From NCBI GenBank assembly GCA_026399475.1, contig JAPLQY010000032.1, forward strand, positions 149,817-213,816: a stretch of 64,000 nucleotides of DNA, in the 5' to 3' direction. The stretch's first letter is position 1, and the number at the start of each line of letters is the position of its first letter. A program made the position numbers and the translations under genes. The notes beneath the pieces are model-generated. The model was not told where the DNA came from, searched no databases, and saw only the letters and a list, made by a program, of their open reading frames with translations. Positions 63,408 to 64,000 of this stretch are shown piece after piece. The stretch comes from Rhodocyclales bacterium (lineage in GTDB: Bacteria > Pseudomonadota > Gammaproteobacteria > Burkholderiales > Rhodocyclaceae).

Positions 63408-64000
63408 GCATCCACCCCACCGCCGTCATCGCTGCCGACGCCAGGCTGGGCGCCAACATCCGCATCGGCCCCTTCGCGGTGATCGAGAAAGATGTGGTCC
63501 TCGGCGACGATTGCGAAATCGCGGCGCATGCCGTGATCAAGCACCACACCCGTATCGGCGCCCGCAACCGCGTCGCCGAGCACGCGGTGATCGGCGGCGA
63601 TCCGCAGGACTTCAAGTTCAGGCCGGATTGCCTTTCCTATACCGCGATCGGCGATGACAACTGGCTGCGCGAGGGCGTCACGGTGCACCGCGGTTCGCGC
63701 GAGGGCAGCACCACCCGAATCGGCAACGGCTGTTTTCTGATGGCCTACAGCCATATTGCCCACGACTGCATCGTCGGCAACCACGTGGTGATGGCCAACA
63801 CGGCCGGCATCGCCGGCGAAGTGGTGGTGCATGACCGCGCCTTCATCTCGGCCGCGGTCACCGTGCATCAGTTCTGCCGCATCGGCAGGAACGCGATGGT
63901 CGGCCTGTCGGCGAAGGTCGTGCAGGACGCGCTGCCTTTCTGCATCACCGACGGCAACCCGGGCCGCGCCCGCGGCCTCAATCTCGTCGGCCTGCGCCGC
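63404..64000 (+). CDS. lpxA: UDP-GlcNAc(3N) acyltransferase LpxA family (runs off window end)
   Basis: Manual translation from GTG 63404: IHPTAVI hexapeptide repeats, PQDFK, HRG, HIAHDC, HQFCRIG, GLNLVGLRR. Confidence 0.88.
   Translation, partial: MSIHPTAVIAADARLGANIRIGPFAVIEKDVVLGDDCEIAAHAVIKHHTRIGARNRVAEHAVIGGDPQDFKFRPDCLSYTAIGDDNWLREGVTVHRGSREGSTTRIGNGCFLMAYSHIAHDCIVGNHVVMANTAGIAGEVVVHDRAFISAAVTVHQFCRIGRNAMVGLSAKVVQDALPFCITDGNPGRARGLNLVGLRR

Overview
GC-rich betaproteobacterial chromosome segment; gene order suggests Rhodocyclales (inference). It is mostly housekeeping: an oxyR-rubrerythrin-FeS-DUF3501 peroxide module, BrnT/BrnA, a RAYT-type Y1 HUH transposase, FNR-boxed ubiUVT, a second rubrerythrin plus rubredoxin, rhlE, topB-smg-dprA-LysM, def-fmt-rsmB-ntrYX-trkAH-hemE-priA, transport and stress genes, cysB with cysI-H-D-N, xerC-dapF, two lipid A acyltransferases and gnnA-gnnB-lpxA. 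The most unusual signals are non-coding or sub-genic. (1) A ~100-bp palindromic element sits in-frame inside priA and a ROK kinase, and at an operon junction. (2) A ~150-bp element occurs at three gene junctions with CTAA/TTAG-type flanks and supplies translation signals. (3) A palindrome is translated in the CysD N-terminus. (4) The RAYT gene is bracketed by a 20-bp motif that also borders a structured element and a gene fragment. (5) A DnaA-box triad with DARS-like geometry and an IHF site lies between hemE and priA. asmA is frameshifted. No rRNA, tRNA or CRISPR array was recognised. All calls are by eye; no database searches were run.
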